In this document: in pieces, positions 11,780 through 23,477 of the stretch | Numbering within the stretch: the first letter of the stretch is position 1 | Layout: every line of letters begins with the position of its first letter | NCBI GenBank assembly: GCA_963575745.1 | Contig: CAUYUJ010000001.1 | Span: forward strand, 2,232,001 to 2,296,000 | DNA length: 64,000 nt | Reading direction: 5' to 3' | Origin: Prorocentrum cordatum | Taxonomy: Eukaryota | The notes under the pieces: generated by a model | The model's database searches: none | The model's input: the letters and a program-made list of their open reading frames with translations, nothing else | Told to the model about the DNA's origin: nothing | Position numbers and translations under genes: made by a program

Positions 11780-14140
11780 TCCAAGAAGAAGATAAAGAGT
11801 GCAAAGAATTTGGTATATCATCGAGAATCTGAGGACGTTGAAAACGGCTTACGACTGGCAAGACAAGACGAATGGGGAATATGGCGGAAGTTCAACGCCG
11901 CTGTACTTATTGATGCCGTTGAACTGCAACATCTCCTCGACAAAGGATATCGTATGGCACCTACACAATGGATTGAGATTGACAAGAATGACCATCTCCG
12001 CAGACCGGGGGGACATCCGGTTGCACCGCAGTACAAGAGTAGACATGTTGTACGCGGAGATTTGGAAGAGACATTGGGCGTCCGCACGGATTCGCCAACA
12101 TGCGAACTAGAACTTGCGAACTAGAGGTTCCTGACCCTGGAGATGCGACATCGTCTACGCATCTCCAGGGTCAGGAACTCGACCGCCTCATGCTGCTAAA
12201 GCCACCACCCGACGGACTCGACGGAGCACCGGGTGGCGGGGCACTGATCGCGCGCATGCTTTCTATGGCACGCGCGACGCAGGACGAGGCGTACGGAAGA
12301 GAATTCGCCAAAGGTTTGAAGTTCATGGTCTAAATGAGAATCGTAGCATGTCCTTTTTGTTCAGAATTCAATGACAAGAATGAGATCACGTGCGTGCTAG
12401 GTACACATGTAGATGACATACTATGGGCTGCAGATAATGAAAGCCAGATAATCATCGATTCGGCAGTAGCAGAGGTTGGCACTCGCGAGATAAAGTTGGA
12501 TAGTTTCCGTTACTGTTGTTTAGAAGTTGGAGGGGGCAGTGATCATGTTCACCCTATATGTATATCTAGTAAAGTTATCAAACGGGCATGTAAATCGGCA
12601 CTACAAGCAGAGACTCTGGCTTGTTTATGAGGTGTAGAATCTGGTGTACGCATCCGTGCCGCCATCGCAGATGCTCGCGGGATGCTGGGTGCCGGAAAGA
12701 AGCTCCCAACCAATTTGGGAGACAAATCAGCCATGTCTATGAGACATCATGGATGACGGATTGTAAGAGTCTCGAAGAACATCTCATAGCCCCAACTATA
12801 GGCAAGACAGAAGATCGGAGGTGAGGGGGTGAGATCGAAGTGGAACGGAGAGCCCCCCCACCGGGAAATCGATTTCGGTTTCGTGTTCGTGCGTGCCGTG
12901 CGGGCGAGGCGAAGCTGCGTGGGCGGGCGAGAGAAAGTCTCCTGTGGCTGAGGCGCGGCCGGACCAAATGACTCCCTTCCGGGCGGCCGGGGGCCCGCAG
13001 TGTCCCGCCGGTGTCCCGCTGGTGTCCCGTGTGGTTGAGGCGCGGCCGGACCAAATGACTCCCTTCCGGGCGGCCGGGGGCCCGCGGTGTCCCGCCGACG
13101 TCCCGCCGGTGTCCCGTCCGTGTCCCGTCGGTGTCCGATTGATGATGTTGATGATGAATATGATGATGATTATGATGATGATGGTGATGATGATGATGGT
13201 GATAATGATGATGATGATGATGTTGACGATGGCGATGATGATGATGATGTTGATGATGATGATGACGTCGATTGCGAGATCGATTGTGATATCGGTAGTG
13301 AGACCGAATGCGAGATCGATTGTGTCGAGTGGAAATTGCCGATGGTGGTATTGATGATGATGTTGGTGACGATGATGCGGATGATGAAGGTGTCCCGATG
13401 ATGTTGATGATGCTGTTGGTTATGATGATGATGATTAAATGATGATGGTGATGATGATGATGATGATGATGGTGTCCCGATGTTGTTGATGATGTTGACG
13501 ATGACAATGATGGTGACCATGATGGTGTCCCGATGATTATGATGATGCTGATGGTGATGATGACGAAGGCTGTGTGCCGAAAATGATGATGATGTTGCTG
13601 ACTATGATGAGATTATGATGGGGATGATGATGATGATGATGATGGCCTGATGATGATGGCGTTGATGATGATAACGATGATGATGATGGCGACAGTGTCC
13701 CGATGACGATGAGAATGATGGTGTTGGTGATGATGATGACGATGACGTTGAATGTTAGATCGATTGTGATATCGGTAGTGATATCGATAGCGAGACCGAA
13801 TGTGAGATCGATTGCGAGATCGATTATCAGATCAATTGTGAGACCGAGCGAATGAGATATATCGAGTGATATCGATTGTGCGATCGATCGAGTGAGATCG
13901 ATCGAGCGAGACCGATAGTGAGATGGAAATTGAGACCGATCGAGTGAGACGCTGCATGTTCCCCCCCCCCGAACCCCCTTATCACCCGCAGGGTGGTCGT
14001 ATAGGTAAGCGATTGAGTATTGATTTCGGGAGTTTGAGACAGGATAGTTGGACAAATGGAATGGAAGAGGTAGAGACCCTACATCCACGCAACAGTTGTG
14101 ATAATATCCCTTGGATCGCTACAAGTATTATGGGCTGTTG
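11780..14140 (+). pseudogene. Copia RT/RNase H remnant, split by the insertion at 12815-14005
   Basis: YKSRHVVRGD...RTDSPT, GTHVDDIL, SSKVIKRACKSALQAETLA, WMTDCKSL, GKTED|KRLSIDFGSLRQ; apparent deletion between RT and RNH near 12530. Confidence 0.88.
12815..14005 (+). mobile_element. Non-autonomous Helitron-like element, copy 1 (internal ggtgtccc, (GAT)n and gagatcgat repeats)
   Basis: Starts with TC, inserted between A and T with no TSD (removal restores GAA GAT AAG CGA TTG); subterminal hairpin ATCACCC-GCA-GGGTGGT; both ends shared with 42440-43307. Confidence 0.7.
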
Positions 14141-14422
14141 GTGGTCTAACGCAGAATATGCCTACGGATTTCCTCGTTCAGATCTTACGTACTGGTTCGT
14201 ATGATGTAACCCCAGATCCTGAATACCTTAAAGAAGGTTAAGAAACAATTGGCGAGGGCCAGAGTGAATGCTATCCCATCAGGGAGGTAAGTGACTAAGT
14301 CCTGGCTGACTTGACTTGAGCAATCCCAACGTGGGAGTGATCCTTTTTACTGCCCCTAGAGGCTTACTTAGACCAGCGGTACTGCGCGGTCTGCCGGCTA
14401 GCTCGTGATAAAGTTTCACGGG

Positions 14423-14535
14423 CGTGATATAGTGCATGCGTGACGTGCGTATACGCACCATTCGCCGCCACTCGCCGCCGTTTGACATCTAAGGACCCCG
14501 TTTTTGCCATTGCGCTCAAACGCATAATCATCACA
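14423..14535 (+). repeat. 3' LTR
   Basis: Direct repeat of 4124-4237 (first base T>C), followed by TSD GCATC. Confidence 0.92.
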
Positions 14536-15404
14536 GCATCCGTACTGACCTGCAGCGTGGCCTGAAGTGCTTGTGCTGGCCTGTTACGCCCCGCCATCTT
14601 GAGCTCGAGAGTCGAGCTGCCATGTTCCGCGTCGCCGTCCGCTCCCAAGTGTTCAGTAGCAGTCGGGCGAGGTTCCACAGGTGATCCATGCGGAGTGGGA
14701 CGTGTTAGCGGCGACCAGGTACGCGGAGTGGGGAGACAGTTCCGTGACCTTCCAGTTTCTCTGGAAGTTCATGAATTTGTCCGCGAGGCCTTGGTGTATT
14801 CGGCGAGGACACCCACGAATTGCAACGCAGCGTCCTGAAAAAGCTCCATGATGTTTATCCAGGAAGAACGGCTCATGGGTTGATCGTTCCTCGGCTGCTT
14901 CGCGCATTTCCCATGAGCCGAGCTTATGATGTTGACCTAACGGTTTCCATGCATAGGAAAGATTGTGCCAAGGGTGTTCCCTCCGCTTGGTTTGTTTAAA
15001 AAGTCTGCAACTCTTGGGCGACAATTGCCAGGTTGAGGCCGCTTTGCCTGCATGTTCGGATCTTGCGCGGTCGGAGGCGATACCATCCAGCACGATTTCG
15101 AATGTCTTGCTGCGCTGAGAACCCTGGCCACTCTCTTGCCTCACCTGCCTGCCGGTTTCAGTGACGTGAGCCGCTCTGATCGTGCGTTGTGCACGTCCTC
15201 CCGCTGCGCTGGATCTCGTGAATTGCATTATTTGTCCCTGGTGCATGACCTTTTTGCCACCTTGAATTCTCTGAGGGTTCTGAATAGGTGAGGGCCAGAC
15301 TGCATCAGGCCTTTGCCATGCGCCCGTGCCCGTGCCATAGCGAAAGAGCGGTTGGCCATCCGACGAACGCGCAGGAGCTAGCCTGCGGCGCCCAGGGGAG
15401 TGCG

Positions 15405-15960
15405 AGCATCATCATCATCAGCATCATCAGCATCATCAGCATCATCAGCATCAGCATCATCATCATCAGCAGCAACATTATCATCATCAGCGCCATGATC
15501 AGCATAATCATCATCATCAGCATCATCATCAGCATCACCAGAATCATCAGCGCAGAAGTTCGGCGGAAGCCTCCGAAAGTAAATGGCAGACGTCGACGCG
15601 TTGTATCCAGGTTTTCCAGAGCTAAGCGACGAAAGAAAACGGGGTCGACTGCGCCGAGATTCGCCCGTAAGTTTCCCGCGGAAGGCCGCGCGTAAGCGCC
15701 CTTTTTTCCAGCCGGTGCGTCACGCTGCTGGCCCGCGCAGGCCGCGGCGTAACGTCTTTATGTTTTCTCGCGTAAGACCCATGTCTTTTCGTCTCTCAGT
15801 TGGCCATGCGAGCCTTTCCTCACGAGTGCGTTGGTCGTGCTTTCCCTGATCTGGACTGATCTAGTATGACCTTGTCTTGTCTGGTCTTGTCTGGTGGTCT
15901 GGTCTGATCTGGCTTGGTCCTCGGCAGCAAAATTCCCATGGACACCAGCACGCGCATATA
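15405..15960 (+). repeat. CAT array plus dispersed repeat 'Y' (second copy ~22166-22705)
   Basis: agcgc(a/g)gaagttcgg...gaaaacggggtcgactgcgccga...tctggcttggtcctcg...ccagcacg is shared by both copies. Confidence 0.88.
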
Positions 15961-16236
15961 TACACGACCGGTCGTCTTCCCAGAGAGGGAAGTGCAGATG
16001 CATGTCGTAGTAGCGTTTTGTCTCGAGGAGGCGAGGTCAGCGAGCTCACCCCAGGGTTGGGCAAGTCCCAGGCAGGCCGAGCATCCGTGTCTCGGTGCGC
16101 CCAAGTGCATCAGCGGAACGAGAGAACACATCATCATCGTTATCATAATCATTATCACCGTTATCCTCATTATCGTCGTCATCATCATCATCATCATCAT
16201 CATCATACAGCGACTTGTCGGCATTTGTGGGTTTGC

Positions 16237-17887
16237 ATGTGGCCGCACCTCCTTGCTCAAGTTCTTGAGGGAATGCAGGCATTGCTCGAACGCCTCACGC
16301 ACGATCTCGCCAGTGCCCTCTCCACTGCCCTCATCGTCCGCGGCAGTTCGCCTCCGTGCCCCGCCTGCGATTGCGCGTGCTCGCCCGCGCTGCACTGCCC
16401 CGCTCTTGAGTGCCGCTGCCCAGACGGCTTGGGCGCGGTGACCGCCGCCCCCTCGGCGGCCGAGGCCTCGGCCCTCTCGGGCGCCGCGCTGGGCACCTCG
16501 CTGCTCCTCGGCGCGCTGGGCGGCTGGTCGCTCACCCGCTGGGCCTCGCGCTGTACGGCACCCTCGACTCGGGGCAAGCTGGTCGCGCTGGAGGCGGACG
16601 TGCGCACGACCGACTTGGCCGTGGAGGCGGCCGCGCAGGTTGCTCGCTTTCGAAGAGTGATGGCGACGCCCGTCGCTGGGCAGTTCCACGTGGTGAGGTG
16701 CAATGTGGGCGGCCCTGCGATCTACCACGAGCGTCTGACGCTGTTGCCTGGGTACATCCTCACGCACGACGGCGATGACTATGCCGAGGTCGCCGTCCCG
16801 AATCACGATATCCGATCGATTCACATTCTCAGTGGTCAAGGTGAGGGGCTGCCAGGGGTAACTCCTCAGCATCTATATCAGTTTCGCCAGCTGCCTCGGG
16901 CCGCGGAGGTGTGGGCGGCGCTCCGCCGCGCGTCGGCCCCTGGGTTCAGAGCGACGCCCGCGTCGCCGTTCTGCATCGACCTGAGCGCCTCCAACGTGCT
17001 GGGACTGGCCGCTGGAGCGCTGCTTCTCCCCGACCCTGCTGCCGTCGCGCCTGGCGCGGGCGCTGGAGCCCTGGCGCCTGCGGGGGGGCCCGGGTTGCCA
17101 GGCGGCCCCGCCGGCTGCAGGTGCCGCCGCCGCGCTGCCCGCCCTCGGCGGCCCCGCAGCTGCTGGACCCACCGCTGGAGCTGGGGGTGTCGGGGCCCTG
17201 GCGGCCGCCCTCGGGGGCGGAGGAGCTGGAGCGCCCGCCGCCGCGGCTCCAGTGCCTGGTGCCGCGCCCGCCGCCGCTGCGCCGCCTCTCGTCGGGGACC
17301 CGCGGGTGATGGCGCTGGTGCTCGACGGCCGCGGCTTTCGGGACATCACTTTCAGCGACGCGGCGAAGCTGCAGACCGAGACGGTGAGGGCCGACTGGCC
17401 CGTCAAAGGCCCTCGGACACTGCTCTGGGTGCTCGGTTTCATGCTACGCATGGCTGAAGGTGCTATGGCATGGCACAACCGATGGATTGCGATGATGCAG
17501 CTGGGAGAGTCCGACGAGAACGTGAAGCTCCACGAGACCTTGTGCCTCGTGATAGAGACCGCCCTCTGTCACGACCAGCTGGTGATATGCGAGCTGGCCT
17601 CCTACGAGTACCTCGCCCGCCAGCTACTGTTGGTGGAGGAGCGCGCGTTCGAGGAGCGCGCGCGCAGGAGCCAGCCCGTGCCGAAGGCCAAGGCTCAGGC
17701 CAAGGAGCTCTCGGCTGCGGACTTCGGCTCCGAGGTCGGCCACTTCCTCGGCACGGGAGAGACGAAGGGGAACCTGCGCATCTGTCCTGCTTTGATGGAT
17801 TGGATCGCCGATCAGATGAAGATGGAAGCAGCTGTCGCGAAAGAACGCCGCAAGGCTCGTGAGGAGCGAGCCTTGCGGACGCCATGA
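16237..17887 (+). pseudogene. ORF1/gag-like region of the YR element (frameshift in GC-rich middle)
   Basis: MWPHLLAQV...YHERLTLL in one frame, then DWPVKGPRTLLWV...CHDQL...EYLARQL...KERRKAREER in another. Confidence 0.65.
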
Positions 17888-18054
17888 CACTCCCTCAGGA
17901 CCCTGGCCAGGAAGGGGCCTCACGAGCCGTTTCCCGTCTCTCGTGAGCCTGGCCAGGATTGCCCCGAGGCCCTCGTGCCTCCGCCTGGTCTGGACGCGCC
18001 CATACGTGGTGCCGATCGCCAGCGTGACGTTTTTTTCCGCTACCTCATCTTCCT

Positions 18055-20150
18055 GTGGATGGGCGCCGCCATCTTCCGTTGGGTCGTGCTGCTCGTCTGC
18101 GCGCTGCCAAAGGTGCGGGCTGGCGCGAGCGGTGCAACGAGGGATTGACCGCTCTCAACTGGCTCCATAGCGGCCGCGACGCGGAGCACCTCCCGCAGGT
18201 CGGTGGCGACCCGCCCGCCGTGCAGGCTGCCTCGGTGGACTACCTCTCGAGCCTGTATCGGGAGTTCGAGCTGCCTGCCGCCTACTCGGAGAGGAGCAGC
18301 GCCTGCGAAGCATCCCTGGTAGAGATACTCGCTCAGGCTCCTGGCTGCGCTGGTGACAGCGGTCGGGTCCGCCCCTACAGCCAGCCTCTCGTGGCCTGGC
18401 CCAAGCCGACGAAGGCTGTGTCCACCACCGACGTCGTCTCGGATGCCGACTCCATCGCGCTGCAGGGTTGGAGGCAGACTATGCTGAATTCCGAGTCGGT
18501 CGTTGCGGAGCTCCGCGACGCGCGGGGCATTCAGCGCCCGTGCGTCGATCCCGAGCTTTGCTAGCAGCCTAAGTCTTACGCCCAGTTTTTGAAGCAGCTG
18601 GAGGCTCACGACATGATATCATGGAGGGCCGCCAGTTCTCAGTCTTCGCACACAATCGGTTTATTCGTCGTGGAGAAATCTAACCACATGCTTAGGCTCG
18701 CGTTCGACACTAGGCTGGCCAACTGCAGTTTTACCACGCCGCCAGCCACCAAGCTTCCCACGCCCAGTGCGCGGGCCAGTGTCGATTGCGACGGCAGTTT
18801 CGTTTTTGCACATGGCGATATACAATGTGCCTTCTACCACTTGCGCCTGCCCCCAGGGATGGAGTCGCTGGTCTCGCTGCCCGCGATCTCCAATCGTCAC
18901 ATCGGCCTCGCATATATCAGCGGGAGGCCCGTCGGCATCCACGGGTTTGTGCAGCCATTGGTCACAGTTGTTCCCATGGGTTGGAGCTGGGCCCTTCACT
19001 TTTGTCAGAGCGCCCTTGTTCGTGCCCTAACCGACGCTGGTTTCGACAGTGGTGACATGATCGTGGACGGAGGATGTCCCCGTAAGCTAATCTCTCACTC
19101 CGACGCTATATGCGCTGGATGCGTTGACAATTTCTGCGTTGTGTCAAAAAGCCTTGAGATTGCCACTCGCCGTGCTCGTGAGGTCGCCGACCTTCTAACG
19201 TCCCGAGGTCTGCCTGTCCTGGAGTTCTCGGAGGCCGTCAGTAAGGGTGTCTTCACGGGCTTGCAGATCGACGGTCTCTCGGGTGTCGTTCGAGTTCGGC
19301 CCGATCGCCTCGCGCGTACGCGGCAGGCTGCACTCGGACTTTTACGACGTGGGCGGGCCTCTGCGGGGGCTCTCAGCGTGCTGGTGGGCCACTGTACTTG
19401 GGGCATGGTCTTGAGGCGGGATGTCTTGGCGATCTTCAACTCAGTCTATAGGTTCATCAACGTGGCGGGCGCTCAACCCGAGCCTCTTTGGGACTCCGTT
19501 GTTACGGAGCTTCGTGCCGCTGTTGCCTTGATCCCCCTCTGGAGCGCCTCTACTAGGTCCAGGTGGTCGTCTAGGGTCTACGCGTCTGACGCGCTGACGT
19601 ACGGGAAGGGCGCGTGCGTCAAGGTGATCCCCCCCGACCTGGTCTCGGACGTTAGCCGCGTGGCCGAGAAGTGGAGGTACCACCAGGGCTCCAGCGTGCT
19701 CGCGAGGGCCCACGCCTTCAGCCCCGTTGAGCCCCATCAGGATGCCGCCGACCATGCTCCTCCCGCCGCGTCGCTTCCTGCTGCTGTTGAGTCGTCGTCG
19801 ACTACGTCTAGCTTCTTGGAGGTTCCCGAGGCTGTCTTTGGGTTCGACGGGTGGAAGACGATCCATTCGGGCAGGCACACGCGGCTTGGGTGTGATATTT
19901 TGCAGTATGAAGCCGAGGCCTTGGGGTTCAGCATTCACCATGCCTCGAGGGCCCTCGGAGCCCACCATCATCGCATGTTATGCCTCGTTGACAACTTGGC
20001 TCTAGCCCTCGCGGCCGGCAAAGGGCGGTCGGGGAGCCCGCATCTCGCGCGCGCGCTGAGGCGGCTCTCTGGCGCCACCCTGGCATGCGGGCTGCGGCTG
20101 CTGGTCCGATGGATGCCCTCTGAACGGAATGTCGCCGACAAGCCGTCGAG
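18055..20150 (+). pseudogene. RT-RNase H of the YR element (in-frame TAG 18562-18564)
   Basis: LFVVEKS..LRLAFDTRLAN, GDIQCAFYHL, PMGWSWALHFCQ, CVDNF; RNH motifs ASDA, YEAEAL, LVDN, WMPSERNVADKPSR. Confidence 0.88.
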
Positions 20151-20235
20151 GGAGGGCTTCTTCGTCGGGCCGAGCTTCGAGGACTTCCTGGAGGGGCAAG
20201 TCGCGCGGCGGCCTCGTCGGGCCCAAGGAGGTGAT

Positions 20236-21052
20236 CATGACCGCGAGGGCTCGGAAGACCCACCCTGGGCCCTCCAGTCACTCGCGAGGGAGTCGCTCAG
20301 TGCTGGAGGCGTCAGCCGCCTCGGCCTCCACGGGCAGGAGCTACCACGATTGCGCCCTGAAGCTTCTGAGCTGGGGCCTGTGGGCCGCGCGAGACGTCGC
20401 CTGCCCCGTGGACTTCGACACCGTGCTGGCGGTGTACTTCGCGCGACTGCTCCTGGGCGGGTACGACGGCGCGACGGGCCGCACCACGCTGGCCGCCCTG
20501 AAGCACCATCCCCCTTCGATGCTGGTCGGGAGTCGGCCGCTGCCGCGGGCATTTCGGGCGCTGCAGGGGTGGGCGACGCTCGCCCCGCCCCTGATGCGCC
20601 TTCCGCTGCCTCGGGTGGCGATGTTCACGACAGTGGGCGTCCTCCCGGCGCAGGGCCGCCTGTCCGACGCGGTGTTCGCGCGACTGGCCTTCGACACGTA
20701 CCTCCGCCCGGGCGCGGCCTACCGCCTCACGGCCGCCTCGCTCGTCGCCCCGCGTGTCGGGTCGATGGACGGCTACCAGCACTGGGCCATCCTGGTCAAC
20801 GACGCAGCCAGCGGCAGACCTGGCAAGACGGGGGTGACCGACGAGAGCGCGACTGTGAACGACCCGTCGTTGCAGCTCTCACCCGCGCTGCAGGACTTCG
20901 GCGACAAGGGCGTGGCCAGGCTGCTGCAGCTGATGGAGGTGACGGCGAGGATGGGCATCTTCCCGCTCCGCCTGCCGCCCCTGGTGCCCGCGTCGGCGCC
21001 GGCTGCAGAGAGGACTGCGCCCCCGCTGACCGATCGGTGGAGGTTCGACTGA
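20236..21052 (+). pseudogene. Tyrosine recombinase, internally deleted
   Basis: LAFDTYLRPG (box I Arg) and GKTGVTDES are present; no HxxR or catalytic Tyr segment is visible after VNDPS. Confidence 0.75.
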
Positions 21053-21825
21053 ATAGGCTGTGGCGGCGTGCCCGTTTGCGCGCCTCTGTCTTGCCGTACT
21101 TCGTTACATTGTGTATATGCGTGCCGACTCGCGTCCGATTGGCCTGCGAGGATCGCGGGCTAGGGACAGCGGCCATCAACCTAGCCAGACATCGTGCAGA
21201 GGACGCCTCGGGTCCTCGCGTGGTGCAGATGCTGCTAGGCTGGGTGCGATCATCAGCCGTCTCAGGGGTGCGGGCGTCCTTGCCGCCCGCGACTTGGGCC
21301 TCCAGCGGGGCTCGATGCCGCCGCCTGGACGCCCCGCTTAAGGGCGTCAACAGTGACGACACCAATATTCGCGCCATTCGCGTGGCGAACGCCCTAGCAG
21401 CGTCTGTCTTTAAGTTGATTCGAGAGTGCACGGCTCGGCAGGTGCCTGTGATTTTCTGGCACCCAGAATCAAGCCTGATCTGGCGGCATCCGCTCCTCTC
21501 CTCGCTCCTCGCCTCTGCCTCCTCTTCTTGCTCTCTCGACTCCTGCATGCACGCGGGTCGGGTTCGGCAGAAATTGTTTTTGATCGGATGGGGCGTCCGA
21601 GATCTCGATTGCCTGTCGCGCCGTTGCCTCTGCACCCTAGGCCTGTGTGACCGTACTGGCCGCCGCCACCTTGGCGGCCTAGGGCGTCCTGCGCTGGATG
21701 CCGCTGCACGCTGCTCAGCCCGTGGGCTTCCCTTTCAGGTAGCCACTGCAGGCGCTGACATGATAGTGGCCGCTGCTCGGCAATTATCTCGTGCCGCTAG
21801 ATACAAGAAAATGTATGGTCAATGA
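21040..21825 (+). pseudogene. Degenerate C5 cytosine-methyltransferase-like domain
   Basis: FD*IGCGG (motif I-like, frameshifted), SLPPATWAS (PC-like), FWHPESSLIW (ENP-like), LDSCMHAGRVRQK, Cys/His cluster, terminal GLPFQVA. Confidence 0.55.
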
Positions 21826-22849
21826 AGTTATGCGGCTGTGGCCATTTGTTGTGACTAGCGTGAGTTACCGATTCTGTGCTTCGAGGCTTGCCGTTGCTCT
21901 CGTGCGCCGTCGCCCCTCTGCACAAAACGTACCCGATGGCCTCGAGAGAGCCCCACATACAGCGACTTCTCGGCATTTGTGGGTTTGCATGTGGCCGCAC
22001 CTCCTTGCTCAAGTTCTTCCCTGGGCCCTCCCGCCCAACTTGAGCCGAAGTTTAACTGTATTGTGCTTTCCTGACCGAGTCTGTGCTTCGAGGCTTGCCG
22101 TTGCTCTCGTGCGCCGTCGCCCTTCTGCACAAAAAGTACCCGATGGCCTCGAGAGAGCCCCACACTATCATCATCATCATGCTCCTCACCATCGTCATCA
22201 TCATCAGCAGCAGCGTCATCATCCACAGCATCAGCAGCAGCACCGTCCTCATCATTTCATCACCATCTGTATCAACATCAGCATCATCAGCATCAGCGCG
22301 GAAGTTCGGTGGAAGCCTCCAGAAGTAAGAGTGAAACGACGACATGTTGTATTCAGTGCTTCCAGAGTTGAGCGACGGAAGAAAACGGGGTCGACTGCGC
22401 CGACATTCGCCCGTAAGCTTCCCGCGGAAGGTCTCGTGTAAGCGCCATCTTTCCCAGGCGGTGTGTCACGCTGCCGGCCCGCGTAAGCCGCGGCGTAACG
22501 TCTCTATGTTTGTTTGCGTAAGACCCATGTGTTTTCGTCTTTTTGTTGGCCATGCAAGCCTTTCATCACAATCGCGTTGGCCGTGCTTTCCCTGATCTGG
22601 TCTGGTCTGGCCTGGAATGAGCTCGTCTGTTCTGGTCTGGTCTGGTGGTTTGGTCTGATCTGGCTTGGTCCTCGACAGCACAATGCCAATGGACGCCAGC
22701 ACGTGTATATATATATATATATATATATAATCCGTAAGGGCTTCACCCCATGCCGCCGGCCCCTTGTCTCGGATAATGGGAGATGCAAAAGCTAAGTCAT
22801 GAGATCTGGGCGCCGCCGTGAAGCAGTGTCGGGACCTGTTTGTTATTCG

Positions 22850-23433
22850 ACCCTGACCCTACGGATCTGCCTCACGGGTGCCACCGAATCTTTGAAATGT
22901 GGCAAATCCCTTCTGTTTTTGGACTCTGACCCTACGGATCTGCGTGAGGGGTGCCGCCGAATTTCAGAAATGTGGCAAATCCCATTTGTTTTTGGACCCT
23001 GACCCCGCCGATCTGCGTGAGGGGCGCCACCGAATTTCAGAAATGTGGCAAATCCCTGATGTCTTCGCACCCTGACCCAGCCGATCTGCGTGAGGGGCGC
23101 CACCGGATTTCAGAAATGTGGCAAATCCCATTTGTTTTTGGACCCTGACCCCGCCGATCTGCGTGAGGGGTGCTTCCGAATTTCAGAAATGTGGCGAATC
23201 TCATTTGTTTTTGGACCCTGACCCCGCCGATCTGCGTGAGGGGTGCCACCGAATTTTCAGAAATGCGCAATTCCCTTATGTCTTTGCACCCTGACCCAGC
23301 CGATCTGCATGAGGGGTGCCACCGAATTTCAGAAATGTGGCAAAATCTGCGTGAGGGGTGCCACCGAATTTCAGAAATGTGGCAAATCCCATGTGTTTTT
23401 GGACCCTGACCCCGCCGATCTGCGCGAGGGGTG
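22850..23433. repeat. 73-bp tandem minisatellite (~8 units)
   Basis: gatctgcgtgagggg.gccaccgaatttcagaaatgtggcaaatccc... recurs at 22937, 23010, 23083, 23156 and 23229. Confidence 0.95.
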
Positions 23434-23477
23434 TCAATTTTTCCCACCCCAGCAATTCAGAGCATACGCTCAGGGCG

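Larger units (their letters stand above)
4124..14535 (+). mobile_element. Full-length degenerate Ty1/Copia LTR retrotransposon
   Basis: LTRs 4124-4237 and 14423-14535; TSD GCATC at 4119-4123 and 14536-14540; PBS at 4239; domain order gag-PR-IN-RT-RNH; many stops and frameshifts. Confidence 0.93.
16204..22164 (+). mobile_element. Tyrosine-recombinase retrotransposon (DIRS order, split-direct-repeat PAT/Ngaro-type) with C5-methyltransferase-like domain
   Basis: Repeats A1 16204-16266, B1 21867-21957, A2 21956-22018 and B2 22074-22164; internal gag-like, RT-RNH, YR and MTase-like ORFs. Confidence 0.9.

Noticed and set aside
14541..15400. Possible minus-strand LINE C-terminal remnant hosting the Copia insertion
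   Set aside because: Only faint similarity (IVLDGIASDRAR); no diagnostic motif.
18589..21825. 1078-aa ORF as a single genuine protein
   Set aside because: The middle third overlaps the recombinase frame, and the deletion and frameshift near 20870-21070 make the RT-to-MTase read-through likely accidental.
15550..22705. Repeat Y copies as LTRs of the 16-22 kb element
   Set aside because: The element's own split direct repeats define its ends inside them; no PBS, TSD or DDE integrase.
22850..23433. CRISPR-like periodicity (73 bp)
   Set aside because: Whole units repeat with no unique spacers; no cas genes; eukaryotic context.
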